Notes under the pieces: generated by a model
What the model saw: the letters and a program-made list of their open reading frames with translations, nothing else
Database searches by the model: none
Told to the model about the DNA's origin: nothing
Program-made: the position numbers and the translations under genes
Shown here: one piece after another, positions 7,137 to 15,972 of the stretch
Position numbering within the stretch: position 1 is the stretch's first letter
Layout of the letters: each line of letters starts with the position of its first letter
Source of the DNA: Candidatus Muiribacteriota bacterium
Lineage (GTDB): Bacteria > Muiribacteriota > Muiribacteriia > Muiribacteriales > Muiribacteriaceae
DNA: 18,513 nt
Reading direction: 5' to 3'
Assembly (NCBI GenBank): GCA_051747805.1
Contig: JBNJGP010000027.1
Coordinates: forward strand, 1 to 18,513

Positions 7137-8144
7137 ATGAAGCATAAAATATTTACTTTACTTTTTATTATAATATTATCATCTTTTTTATGGGCAGAAC
7201 CTGAATTTTTTCAATATGGTGACGTTCATAATTTCTGGCAGTTTGACGTATTTTATGGTGAAGAAAATCTTGAAGAGGGTTATTATCAAAAGGATTTCAC
7301 CTGTGTAAGAGTAGGTGAGCATACCTATGTTTTTGTCGAAAACGGGCTACCTGAAGATAAAATTCCAACAACATCATATATTAATGCACTTTTTTATCAG
7401 TTTGAGGAAATTTACCCTAAATTAAAAGAATATTTTGGCGAACCTTCTGATTTAGACAGAAACAACAGATTTATTATTTTAATTGCCAATATTCGAGACT
7501 GGTTTTATTATGGTGTTGAGATTAAAGATGAATATACACAGCCTATTCAGGGCTATTACTGGTTTAAACATAATATAATAAATCGAAACGATTTTCTTAC
7601 AATGGATTCTAAACAGGATGTTACTGATGCTATTGGAACAATGGCCCATGAATTTTTTCACAACATTTATGATAATGTAAATCCAAATCCCGTAGATTAT
7701 ACTGACCGTGCTGTTAACGAGGCTCTTGCACATTATGCAGTTTATATCAACGGTACTTTAAACGAGGATAGTTATATTCAATGGCAGTTTTCAATACTTA
7801 AAGATGATTTAAAAAAAGGAAAGCTTATTAATCCTTTTATGGATACTATGGATTACTTTAAGATTAGAAATCCTGAACTGCATCACTGCTATGCTGCTGG
7901 ATTTTTATTTATTCATTATATTGCCGATCATTTAATTGTTGATAAATATGTTAAACAGAATTTCTTTTACAGATTAATTTATGAAAAAGTTAATGCCCTA
8001 TCTGAAGATAAAATTTTAAGAGCTTTAATACAACTTGGAATTATACAACATCCAGATGAATTCTATGACCTGTATTTCGGGGATTTTAAAGACTGGTTGT
8101 ACGATTATTATTTTGATATTTCACGGCCCAAAAAAAATGAATGA
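7137..8144 (+). CDS. Secreted zinc metallopeptidase (gluzincin-type, M30-like)
   Basis: Signal peptide MKHKIFTLLFIIILSSFLWA; TMAHEFFH plus downstream NEALA; FGEPSDLDRNNRFIIL and GYY motifs. Confidence 0.8.
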   Translation: MKHKIFTLLFIIILSSFLWAEPEFFQYGDVHNFWQFDVFYGEENLEEGYYQKDFTCVRVGEHTYVFVENGLPEDKIPTTSYINALFYQFEEIYPKLKEYFGEPSDLDRNNRFIILIANIRDWFYYGVEIKDEYTQPIQGYYWFKHNIINRNDFLTMDSKQDVTDAIGTMAHEFFHNIYDNVNPNPVDYTDRAVNEALAHYAVYINGTLNEDSYIQWQFSILKDDLKKGKLINPFMDTMDYFKIRNPELHHCYAAGFLFIHYIADHLIVDKYVKQNFFYRLIYEKVNALSEDKILRALIQLGIIQHPDEFYDLYFGDFKDWLYDYYFDISRPKKNE

Positions 8145-8646
8145 ATTAACCATTTCATATGATATCTTTTTCAAACAGGCTTCAGTTATTGTTAATAGAA
8201 TCTATAATAAACTTAATAACTCAAAAAAAACCCTCAGCATTGCTGAATCGATTACAGGTGGACTATTTGCTTCAGTTTTTGTTTCCAGACCTGGAATTTC
8301 GTCTTTTTTTAATGAATCATTTATTGCTTATTCTAATAAATCAAAAATAGATACTCTGGGTATCAACAGGAATACTATTGAAAAATACGGTGCTGTAAGC
8401 AAAGAAACCGCAGAGGAAATGGTAACAAAATGTGTGGAAAATTCCCAATCAGATATTGGAATTTCCACAACTGGAATTGCCGGTCCTTCCGGCGGAACAA
8501 AAAATAAAAAAGTTGGACTTGTTTACTGTGGTTTTTCTGTTGATAAAAATGTGCTGGTAAAAAAACACTTTTTTAATGGTAATCGTGAACAGATAAGGTT
8601 TCAGACAGTTTTAAACGGTTTGATAACTCTTGAAAAAATGCTGTAA
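8137..8646 (+). CDS. pncC: CinA C-terminal domain protein (NMN amidohydrolase PncC)
   Basis: AESITGG, AYSNKSK, YGAVSKETA, TTGIAGPSGG, GNREQIR. ATG 8137 overlaps the peptidase stop (ATGAATGA); the ORF-track start at 8035 is unlikely. Confidence 0.88.
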   Translation: MNELTISYDIFFKQASVIVNRIYNKLNNSKKTLSIAESITGGLFASVFVSRPGISSFFNESFIAYSNKSKIDTLGINRNTIEKYGAVSKETAEEMVTKCVENSQSDIGISTTGIAGPSGGTKNKKVGLVYCGFSVDKNVLVKKHFFNGNREQIRFQTVLNGLITLEKML

Positions 8647-8702
8647 AAGAAAAGACATCGCCGGCAAATTTGTTGCGGGGGGGTGGGGATGCCAGCGATG
8701 TC
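8645..8702 (-). terminator. Intrinsic terminator with a 13-bp stem and a 23-nt C-rich loop
   Basis: Minus RNA GACAUCGCUGGCA / UGCCGGCGAUGUC pairs fully (one U-G; a C-A mismatch on the + strand) and is followed by UUUUCUUUU. Confidence 0.85.
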
Positions 8703-8727
8703 AATAATTTATTCCTTAATTCTTATA
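8645..8727 (-). ncRNA. Candidate sigma54-dependent small RNA (~80 nt) with a C-rich loop
   Basis: Bounded by a -24/-12 promoter (8737-8753) and a terminator (8645-8702); no complete ORF inside; loop UCCCCACCCCCCCGCAACAAAUU. Confidence 0.6.
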
Positions 8728-8736
8728 CTTTAATAG

Positions 8737-8753
8737 TTGCAAAAACTATGCCA
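8737..8753 (-). promoter_or_regulatory. Sigma54 (RpoN) -24/-12 promoter
   Basis: Minus strand TGGCATAGTTTTTGCAA versus consensus TGGCAC-N5-TTGCW; GG (8752-8751) and GC (8740-8739) are correctly spaced; intergenic. Confidence 0.75.
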
Positions 8754-8768
8754 GAATATAAAAACCAG

Positions 8769-9134
8769 TCACCAGCTAAAATTGTAAACTCTGTTTTTTT
8801 CCCTGTACCAGAAATCTAATCTTTCACCAGAATTTTCCGGGTCTCCCTTAAATAATTCAAGCTCTTTTGCAACATAAAAAAAACCCTTACCAGGTCTTCC
8901 TGTTTTTTTATTTATAACAAGAGAAGTTAAAAGTGGTTTTTTGGTTTCGCATAAATTTATATTTAAATGATTTAAATGTTCAAACAGTGGCAAAAATGGA
9001 TTTAAAAAATTTTTATTCCTGCTGTCAAAACATTTATTAAGGTCAAAATAAGTAATTAAACTTTTGTTTTTAGCAACAAGCACCAGTTTATTATGTATTT
9101 CTTCTATTTTTTTTTGATTGATATTTTCTTTCAT
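8769..9134 (-). CDS. Small basic hypothetical protein, possibly nucleic-acid binding
   Basis: 121-aa ORF with ITYFDL and PLLTSLVINKKTGRPGKGFF; AAGGTG/AGGG upstream. Confidence 0.7.
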   Translation of the reverse strand: MKENINQKKIEEIHNKLVLVAKNKSLITYFDLNKCFDSRNKNFLNPFLPLFEHLNHLNINLCETKKPLLTSLVINKKTGRPGKGFFYVAKELELFKGDPENSGERLDFWYREKNRVYNFSW

Positions 9135-9151
9135 ATTATACCCTGTTCACC

Positions 9152-9201
9152 TTGCTTATTATTTATAATTATATTATAATATTATTTAATAATTTAATCA
9201 A
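9152..9201. promoter_or_regulatory. Bidirectional sigma70 promoter with overlapping -10 elements
   Basis: Plus: TTGCTT (9152-9157)-17-TATAAT (9175-9180). Minus: TTGATT (9201-9196)-17-TATAAT (9178-9173). Confidence 0.6.
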
Positions 9202-9217
9202 CTCCGGGGGGACTTTT

Positions 9218-11593
9218 ATGAAAAAATTTCTTTATTTAATTTTAATTTTAATGCTTTTTAATACCGCATACTCAAATGGATATAATAACCCACCATCTGA
9301 TATTAAGGATATTTTATTAACTCCCGATACTCCTGTAGTTTCCTGGAGTGTCAGGGCCGGTAGATATGCTAAAGTTCACTACAATACAATTCCTGATTTG
9401 GAAGACCTGATGGTTCCACTTCAGAAACTTGCAGGTGTTAGAATTAACTCGGATAATTTCTCAGAATTTTCAACACTTTTTTATACCGGTTTTGAATTTT
9501 TTAATCATGACGGAACTCCTGTTCATATATGTAATATGCCAGAAGATGTTAAAATTTTAACTTATGACTGGTCATACACTGGTCGTTATTTTGGATTTAC
9601 AGTAGCTGAAGCTGATAATGTTGACCTTTATGTTGTGGATTTTTCCACAAAAAGATGTTCTAAAGTAACAACCAATCTCAGTGCAGTTTTTACTGATGGT
9701 TTTTCTTTTATTCCCGGTGATGACGAAGAAATGCTTGTAGTTTATGCAGCTAATTCCCATAAAAACCCACCAGAAAAAACTCATGAATATGTTTCTCCAG
9801 TGATTCAGGAAACAGGTGAGGAACGTTCTGAGCTAGTTACTTATCAGGATTTAATGGAAAACGAATTTGATGAAAAACTTTTTGAATATTATTTTTCTCA
9901 GGTGGTTGCCAGAATTAATATAAGAACCGGTAAAAAAGAAATCCTTACAAAACCTGGAATTTATTATGCCAGCTCCTTTTCGCCTGATGGTGAACGTTTT
10001 TTAATGTGGGAGTTTAAGAAACCATATTCTTATAATGTTCCTTTTTATTATTTTACAAGAGATATTAAAGTTTTTGAAACCTATGGTGATAAATCCTGGA
10101 CAGTTGCAAGTCACCCTGTAACAGAAACTGTGCCAAGAGGCGGAGTAGCCACCGGAAAAAGAAACTTTAACTGGCATCCCTACGATAAACATACACTTTT
10201 ATATGTTGAAGCTCTCGATGAAGGGGACCCACAAAAAGAAGTGCCACACAGAGATAAAATAATGCGTTTGAAATCCCCATATAATTCTGCAGAGGAAATC
10301 ATGAAACTTACCCATAGATACAACGGAATTGATTTTCTTGAAGGAGAAACTGATAAAGTTATATTAAAAGAATATAAATGGGAAGACAGATGGAAAACTA
10401 GCTGGCTTACAGATTTAACTAACGGAGAGCATATACACAAAATCGAGGATAGAAATGTTTCTGATGAATACAATGACCTGGGCAGTTTTGTTAAAATACC
10501 TTCCGAAGAAGGTTTTTCACCTGTAGCCTATAGAGATGGTAAAATTTATACTTCTTCTCAGGGGGCAAGTCCTGAAGGATATTTTCCTGTTTTAAAAGAA
10601 GTTGATTTATATACTCTGGAGGAAAAAGAACTTTTCCGTTGCAGGGAAGGTTATTATGAAAGATTTTTATACTTTACCGACACTTCTCTTCAAAATATAA
10701 TGATTAGAAGAGAAAGCCCTGATATTTTTTCAAATTATCATCTCATAAACCTTGAAACTGATGAAGAAAGAGTTATTACAGATTATGAAAATCCCGCTCC
10801 TCAAATTTCTGATGTTAAAAATGAACTTATCAGATATCACAGAGAAGATGGCACTGAATTATCTGGAACACTATATTATCCAATTGGCTTTGAAAAAGGG
10901 GATAAAATTCCGGCTGTAGTTCATGCCTATCCACGTGAATACAGTGACCCTTCAACAGCTGGTCAGGTCAGAGGAAGTCAATATAAATTTACTAAAATTT
11001 CACATACAAGCGAGTTATTCTTTTTAATGCAGGGCGTTGCTGTTTTAAGAAATGCCCAGTTCCCTGTTGTCGGCGACCCAATGACCATGAACGATACTTT
11101 TATTGAGCAGCTTAAAATGAACTCTGAGGCTGCTGTGAAAGCACTACGGGAAACAGGAGACATTGACACTGAAAAACTTGCCTGTATTGGCCATTCTTAC
11201 GGAGCCTTTATGGTAGCGAATTTACTTATTCATACAGACCATTATCAAACTGGTATTGCACAATCAGGGGCCTATAATAGAACACTAACTCCATTTGGTT
11301 TTCAAAGTGAAAGAAGAAATTTCTGGGACGCCAAAGATACATATATGGAGGTTTCACCCTTTACTAATGCTGAAAAAATAAAAAAACCTATTCTTATGTT
11401 TCATGGTGCGGCAGACAATAATCCTGGAACTTATACAATGCAGTCTGACAGATTTTTTGCTGCTTTAAGAGGAACCGGAGGCAAGGCCAGGTATATTAAA
11501 CTACCTTATGAAGGGCACGGTTATCGCGCCCGCGAATCTATACTTCATCTACATTATGAAAGATATAACTGGATTGAGGAGTATTTAAAATGA
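9218..11593 (+). CDS. Secreted S9-family serine peptidase (glutamyl endopeptidase/S9D-like)
   Basis: ATG 9218 after GGGGGGA; signal peptide MKKFLYLILILMLFNTAYS; IGHSYGAFM (Ser), HGAADNNPG (Asp), YEGHGY (His); AYPREY and GAYNRTLTPFGFQ. Confidence 0.92.
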   Translation: MKKFLYLILILMLFNTAYSNGYNNPPSDIKDILLTPDTPVVSWSVRAGRYAKVHYNTIPDLEDLMVPLQKLAGVRINSDNFSEFSTLFYTGFEFFNHDGTPVHICNMPEDVKILTYDWSYTGRYFGFTVAEADNVDLYVVDFSTKRCSKVTTNLSAVFTDGFSFIPGDDEEMLVVYAANSHKNPPEKTHEYVSPVIQETGEERSELVTYQDLMENEFDEKLFEYYFSQVVARINIRTGKKEILTKPGIYYASSFSPDGERFLMWEFKKPYSYNVPFYYFTRDIKVFETYGDKSWTVASHPVTETVPRGGVATGKRNFNWHPYDKHTLLYVEALDEGDPQKEVPHRDKIMRLKSPYNSAEEIMKLTHRYNGIDFLEGETDKVILKEYKWEDRWKTSWLTDLTNGEHIHKIEDRNVSDEYNDLGSFVKIPSEEGFSPVAYRDGKIYTSSQGASPEGYFPVLKEVDLYTLEEKELFRCREGYYERFLYFTDTSLQNIMIRRESPDIFSNYHLINLETDEERVITDYENPAPQISDVKNELIRYHREDGTELSGTLYYPIGFEKGDKIPAVVHAYPREYSDPSTAGQVRGSQYKFTKISHTSELFFLMQGVAVLRNAQFPVVGDPMTMNDTFIEQLKMNSEAAVKALRETGDIDTEKLACIGHSYGAFMVANLLIHTDHYQTGIAQSGAYNRTLTPFGFQSERRNFWDAKDTYMEVSPFTNAEKIKKPILMFHGAADNNPGTYTMQSDRFFAALRGTGGKARYIKLPYEGHGYRARESILHLHYERYNWIEEYLK

Positions 11594-12564
11594 AGGAAAA
11601 AGAATTTGTTAAACCTAGAATTGGTATAAGTAAATGCCTTGAATTTGATTCATGCAGATATAACGGTTTAATGATTTCAAGTGATACTGTAAAAATGCTG
11701 AAAAAATATGTGCAATTTTATCCGGTATGTCCCGAAGTAGAGATAGGACTGGGAATTCCAAGAAAGCCCGTAAATGTTGTTTTTAATAATGACCGTAAAA
11801 CTCTCTATCAATTTGATACAAAAACAGATTTAACAGAAAAGATGCATGATTTTGTCGAAAAATACTCTGAAAATATTAATAACCTGGACGGATTTATTTT
11901 CAAGTCAGCCTCTCCATCATGTGCACCAGCAGACGCTAAAGTTAGAACACCTGAAGGCAAAAAAACTCAATATAAAACTTCTGGAACATTTGCCGGACCT
12001 GTTATTGAAAAACTTGAAATTATTCCCTATGAAAACGAGGGTAGATTAAGAAATTTCAAATTAAGAGAGGAATTTTTAACCAGAATTTTTACTGCAGCCG
12101 ACTTCAGACAGAATGTTTTAAATGGCAAAAAGGGCGATTTAGTTAAATTTCATTCAAAAAATAAATATCTTTTAATGGGGATGAGTCAGAAATATCTTAA
12201 AATCCTTGGTAAAATTGTTTCAACCGCAGGAAAGGGTGAATTTAAACAGAAATTGTCAGATTATGAAGAAAATTTATTTAAAGCTTTGAATAAATCTTTT
12301 TCAAAAGGTAATCATATTAATGTTTTAGAACATATATTTGGATATTTTAAAAATCATTTAATTAACGAAGAAAAAAAATTATTTTATGATATTCTGGGGA
12401 ATTTTAAAAATCATAAACTACCATTAAGCGTTCCGGTTGGAATTTTAAGAGCCTGGCTTGCAAGATATCCTAATCAATACCTTGCAGACCAGACTTATAT
12501 ATTTCCTTTCCCACCGGAACTGACAGTTATATCAGATTCCGGCGAGGGAAGAAAATTAAATTAA
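11590..12564 (+). CDS. YbgA-family protein (DUF523 / 2-thiouracil desulfidase-like domain + DUF1722)
   Basis: IGISKCL, CRYNG, VCPEVEIGLGIPR, KSASPSC, EGRL, FHSKNKYLLM, HIFGYFK, YLADQTY; ATGA overlap with the peptidase gene. Confidence 0.9.
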   Translation: MKEKEFVKPRIGISKCLEFDSCRYNGLMISSDTVKMLKKYVQFYPVCPEVEIGLGIPRKPVNVVFNNDRKTLYQFDTKTDLTEKMHDFVEKYSENINNLDGFIFKSASPSCAPADAKVRTPEGKKTQYKTSGTFAGPVIEKLEIIPYENEGRLRNFKLREEFLTRIFTAADFRQNVLNGKKGDLVKFHSKNKYLLMGMSQKYLKILGKIVSTAGKGEFKQKLSDYEENLFKALNKSFSKGNHINVLEHIFGYFKNHLINEEKKLFYDILGNFKNHKLPLSVPVGILRAWLARYPNQYLADQTYIFPFPPELTVISDSGEGRKLN

Positions 12565-12576
12565 CTTTTTAACTGA

Positions 12577-14355
12577 TTATTCTTCATTATTATTAACAAC
12601 TTCTTCAATTGTTTCTTTTAAAGTATGTTCTGTTTTAAGCTCGGTTACAGTTTGTTTTACTTTTTCATTTGCGATTAATTCCTGTGTAAAACCAATATAA
12701 AGTGAATAAATGGTTAAAAGGAGAACTAAGGCAAAAGGAAGTCCCGTTGAAACAGAGGCAGTCTTCAATGTTTCTAATCCACCACCTAGAAGCAAAACAA
12801 TAGCCAGTAACCCTTCCATTGATGCCCAGAAAACTCTCTGAAAAGTAGGAAACATAAGTTTTCCACCGGAAGTTAAATGGTTAACAACCAGCGAACCTGA
12901 ATCAGAGGAAGTAACAAAAAATATTGTTACAAGTATTATTCCCACAAATGAAAGAAGCGAAGTCCATGGAAAAAATTCAAGCATCTCAAAAAGCGCAGTT
13001 GAAACATCAATATTAATAGCTGTTGCAATATCTGCAACCCCACTTGATTGAAGGTTTATTGCAGCCTGACCAAATACAGACATCCATATAAAGGAAAGAA
13101 TTGTTGGAACAAGTATAACTCCTGCCACAAATTCACGAACAGTTCTTCCTTTTGAAATTCTGGCAATAAACATTCCTACAAAAGGTGACCATGAAATCCA
13201 CCATGCCCAGTAAAATACAGTCCAGGTACCCTGCCAGTTGGTTTCTGAAAATGTTTCGGTCCAGAAACTCATTTCGGGAAGGTGTTTAATATAATTTCCT
13301 ATATTCTGCGTAAGGCCCCCAAGTAAGGAAGTTGTGGAACCCACCGCAAGCATGAAAACAAGAAAAATTCCTGCGACTATCATATTGAGCTGACTCAACA
13401 TTTTTACACCTTTCTCCAGCCCTGATACAACAGAAGCTGTTGCCATTGCAGTTATAATAATAATTAAAATAACCTGATTTGTTGTTGAAATTGTGATTCC
13501 AAAAAGTGCATTCAACCCGGCGTTAACCTGCTGCGACCCAAGTCCCAGCGAAGTAGCAAGACCAGCAAGTGTAGCAAGAACAGCCAATATGTCAATTAAA
13601 TTACCCCAGAATCCATAAATTTTATTCCCCAACAGCGGGTAAAATATAGACCTTATGGTTAAAGGTAGCCCTCGATTAAAAGTAAAAAAGGCAAGGCCAA
13701 GTCCAACAAGAGCATAAACTGCCCATGGGTGAACTCCCCAGTGAAAAAATGTTGTACTCATTGCTGCCTGTGCCGCCTTTGGAGTGGAACCTTCAACACC
13801 ATCAAAAATTGGAGACGGGGAACCATAATGAAGAATAGGTTCTCCAACACTCCAGAACATAAGTCCAATACCCATACCAGCACTTAAAAGCATTGCAAGC
13901 CAGGATAATGTAGAAAATTCTGGTTTAGCCTTATTGCCACCAAGTCGAATTTTTCCAAATGAACTCAAGGCAAAATAAACTATCGCAATAATCATAATGT
14001 TAACAGATAAAATAAGAAACCATCCTGCATTTGAAGTTATAATTTCAAGTACATTGCTAAAAAATTCATCTGCATGTACCCTGAACATTAATACAAGCAT
14101 AATGCAAACTGTTAAAACAGCACATGAAAAAAATGATACATGGGGATGAAGATCAAAGCCGTATTTTTTCCAGTTGTCTTCACCAGGCTCTTTTTTTCCA
14201 TCAGGATCAAAAGCTTCTGGATCAGTAAATGTCAAAGCTTCGATAATCTTTTTGTCATGAATCGCACTTTTTCTAGCTTCTTTCGCAGCTATTTCAAGTT
14301 TCTTTTCAAGTTTCTTTTCAGTACTCAAGTCTTTTTCTTCTTTTGAATCATTCAT
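12577..14355 (-). CDS. BCCT family (betaine/carnitine/choline) transporter
   Basis: SAGMGIGLMFW, FHWGVHPWAVY, WTVFYWAWWISWSPFVGMFIARISKGRTVREF, FVTSSDSG; many hydrophobic segments. Confidence 0.95.
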   Translation of the reverse strand: MNDSKEEKDLSTEKKLEKKLEIAAKEARKSAIHDKKIIEALTFTDPEAFDPDGKKEPGEDNWKKYGFDLHPHVSFFSCAVLTVCIMLVLMFRVHADEFFSNVLEIITSNAGWFLILSVNIMIIAIVYFALSSFGKIRLGGNKAKPEFSTLSWLAMLLSAGMGIGLMFWSVGEPILHYGSPSPIFDGVEGSTPKAAQAAMSTTFFHWGVHPWAVYALVGLGLAFFTFNRGLPLTIRSIFYPLLGNKIYGFWGNLIDILAVLATLAGLATSLGLGSQQVNAGLNALFGITISTTNQVILIIIITAMATASVVSGLEKGVKMLSQLNMIVAGIFLVFMLAVGSTTSLLGGLTQNIGNYIKHLPEMSFWTETFSETNWQGTWTVFYWAWWISWSPFVGMFIARISKGRTVREFVAGVILVPTILSFIWMSVFGQAAINLQSSGVADIATAINIDVSTALFEMLEFFPWTSLLSFVGIILVTIFFVTSSDSGSLVVNHLTSGGKLMFPTFQRVFWASMEGLLAIVLLLGGGLETLKTASVSTGLPFALVLLLTIYSLYIGFTQELIANEKVKQTVTELKTEHTLKETIEEVVNNNEE

Positions 14356-14390
14356 CAGCTACTTTCCCCCTTTATTTTTTTACTTTGTGT

Positions 14391-14419
14391 ATATTAAAGG
14401 GCGATGTATTATTTGTCAA
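14391..14419 (-). promoter_or_regulatory. Sigma70-type promoter for the BCCT gene
   Basis: Minus strand TTGACA (14419-14414) - 17 nt - TAATAT (14396-14391); GGGGG RBS at 14370-14366. Confidence 0.65.
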
Positions 14420-14477
14420 ATAGTTTTTATTATGTTAATTTTACGTTAATCAAAAAAAATGAAGGTGGTTATTAAAA

Positions 14478-15260
14478 ATGAATAATAAAATTTGTATTTT
14501 TCTTTTAATTTGTATAATTTTAATCAGTGCTGGCTGTAATGTTAATCAGGACAGACTTGAGCAAATTCAAGATAGAAATGAGTTTATTGTTGCAGGAAGC
14601 GGGGGCTATCCTCCTTTTAATTTTTATGAGGGGAATGAAGTTGTAGGATTTGACGTTGATACTGGATATGCTATTGCTGAGGAACTTGGTGTGGAGCTTA
14701 ATTATATTACTTCTGACTGGGATGGTTTGATTGAGGGCCTCAGAGCAGGTCGTTATGATGCAATTCTTGGTAGTATGGCTATTACTGAAGAAAGGGAGGA
14801 AATTGTTGACTTTACCCACCCATATTATTATTCTGGTGCCCAGCTTGTTGTGAAAAAAAATGAAGACGGAAGCTATTTTAAGCCCGAGGATATGGAAGGA
14901 AAAGAAATCGGTGTTGTAACTGCAACAAATTTTGTCCAGGACGCCGAAAGTTTAGGGGCTGAGGCTGTATATTATCAGGATGATAATCAAACCCTGACCG
15001 AACTTATAAAAGGTCGTATTGATGGTGTAATCACAGATAGGTTAGTTGCGGTTGAGGCTCTTTCTAAAATTTCAGGAGGAGAAAACCTGGTTTTATCAGG
15101 TGAATTAATAAGGCTTGAAAAAATGGCAATAGCTGTAAATAAAAACCAGGGTACTCTTTTAGAAAAACTTAACGAAATAATTGATAAACTTCATAATAAC
15201 GGTACTTTAACTGAAATCAGTGCTAAATGGCATGATGGTGAGGATATTACAAAACAGTAA
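14478..15260 (+). CDS. Polar amino-acid ABC transporter substrate-binding lipoprotein
   Basis: Lipobox ISAG-C; YPPFNF, GFDVD, WDGLIEGL, MAITEER, DFTHPYY. Confidence 0.93.
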   Translation: MNNKICIFLLICIILISAGCNVNQDRLEQIQDRNEFIVAGSGGYPPFNFYEGNEVVGFDVDTGYAIAEELGVELNYITSDWDGLIEGLRAGRYDAILGSMAITEEREEIVDFTHPYYYSGAQLVVKKNEDGSYFKPEDMEGKEIGVVTATNFVQDAESLGAEAVYYQDDNQTLTELIKGRIDGVITDRLVAVEALSKISGGENLVLSGELIRLEKMAIAVNKNQGTLLEKLNEIIDKLHNNGTLTEISAKWHDGEDITKQ

Positions 15261-15300
15261 TTTCTAATGTGATTTTCCTTAGTTTGAAATTGGAGGTTTT

Positions 15301-15972
15301 ATGAACTTTTTACCGTGGGATTTTTCGGTAATTCCTGAATACTTTTTGACTTTCCGGGCGGCTGCATTTGCCACATTACAGATAACTACGCTTGGTATTC
15401 TACTTGGTCTTTTTTTGGGGTTTATCTTTTCATTAATGAAAATTTCTGATAAAAAAATTTTTAATATACCTGCCTCTATCTATATATGGGCTATCCGTGG
15501 AACTCCACTTCTGCTTCAACTTTTTGTTATTTATTTTGGTCTTGCTGGAATTATTAATATTCCAAGATATACTTCGGCCGTTATTGCCCTGGGAATTCAT
15601 AATGGAGCCTATATTGCAGAAATTTTTCGTGGTGCTATAATATCAATTAACAGGGGGCAGAGAGAGGCTGGTCTGGCCCTTGGAATGACTGAGTGGCAGG
15701 TTATGAGAAGAATAATTCTTCCGCAGGCTTTTAAAAGGTCTGTTCCGCCCCTGGGCAATCAGTTTATAATTGCACTTAAAGACTCTTCACTTGCTTCTAC
15801 TATTGCGGTTAGAGAGTTGCTTCTTCAAACAAGACAGGTAGGTTCATCTAATTATCTTATGATGGAAATGCTTATGATTGCGGCTGTTTATTATCTTGCA
15901 ATGACAACTGTTTTGTCCTGGGCGGTAAATAAAGTTGAATTAAAACTAGCAGTCAGCGAGGGTAGGGTATGA
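15301..15972 (+). CDS. Polar amino-acid ABC transporter permease
   Basis: [31 protein letters not shown] (EAA loop), [16 protein letters not shown]. Confidence 0.95.
   Translation: MNFLPWDFSVIPEYFLTFRAAAFATLQITTLGILLGLFLGFIFSLMKISDKKIFNIPASIYIWAIRGTPLLLQLFVIYFGLAGIINIPRYTSAVIALGIHNGAYIAEIFRGAIISINRGQREAGLALGMTEWQVMRRIILPQAFKRSVPPLGNQFIIALKDSSLASTIAVRELLLQTRQVGSSNYLMMEMLMIAAVYYLAMTTVLSWAVNKVELKLAVSEGRV

Noticed and set aside
8035..8136. N-terminal extension of PncC in the ORF track (likewise the extensions at 4062 for PfkA and 9152 for the S9 peptidase)
   Set aside because: They overlap upstream genes or promoters; downstream ATGs have better RBS or coupling context and give normal N-termini.
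8677..8688. G-quadruplex on the + strand (GGGGGGGTGGGG)
   Set aside because: Only two G-runs in 12 nt; better explained as the complement of the C-rich loop.
8573..8704. 43-codon TTG-initiated minus-strand ORF downstream of the sigma54 promoter
   Set aside because: It runs through the strong terminator and antisense into pncC, so it could not be fully transcribed; an ncRNA reading fits better.
1367..14819. Short alternative-frame or antisense ORFs from the track (1367-1561, 1690-1890, 3079-3309, 4244-4591, 5841-6137, 7479-7733, 8159-8350, 9572-9784, 10001-10192, 10180-10473, 10978-11169, 11846-12049, 14140-14346, 14520-14819)
   Set aside because: All are nested in well-supported longer genes and show no recognisable motifs; treated as shadow ORFs.
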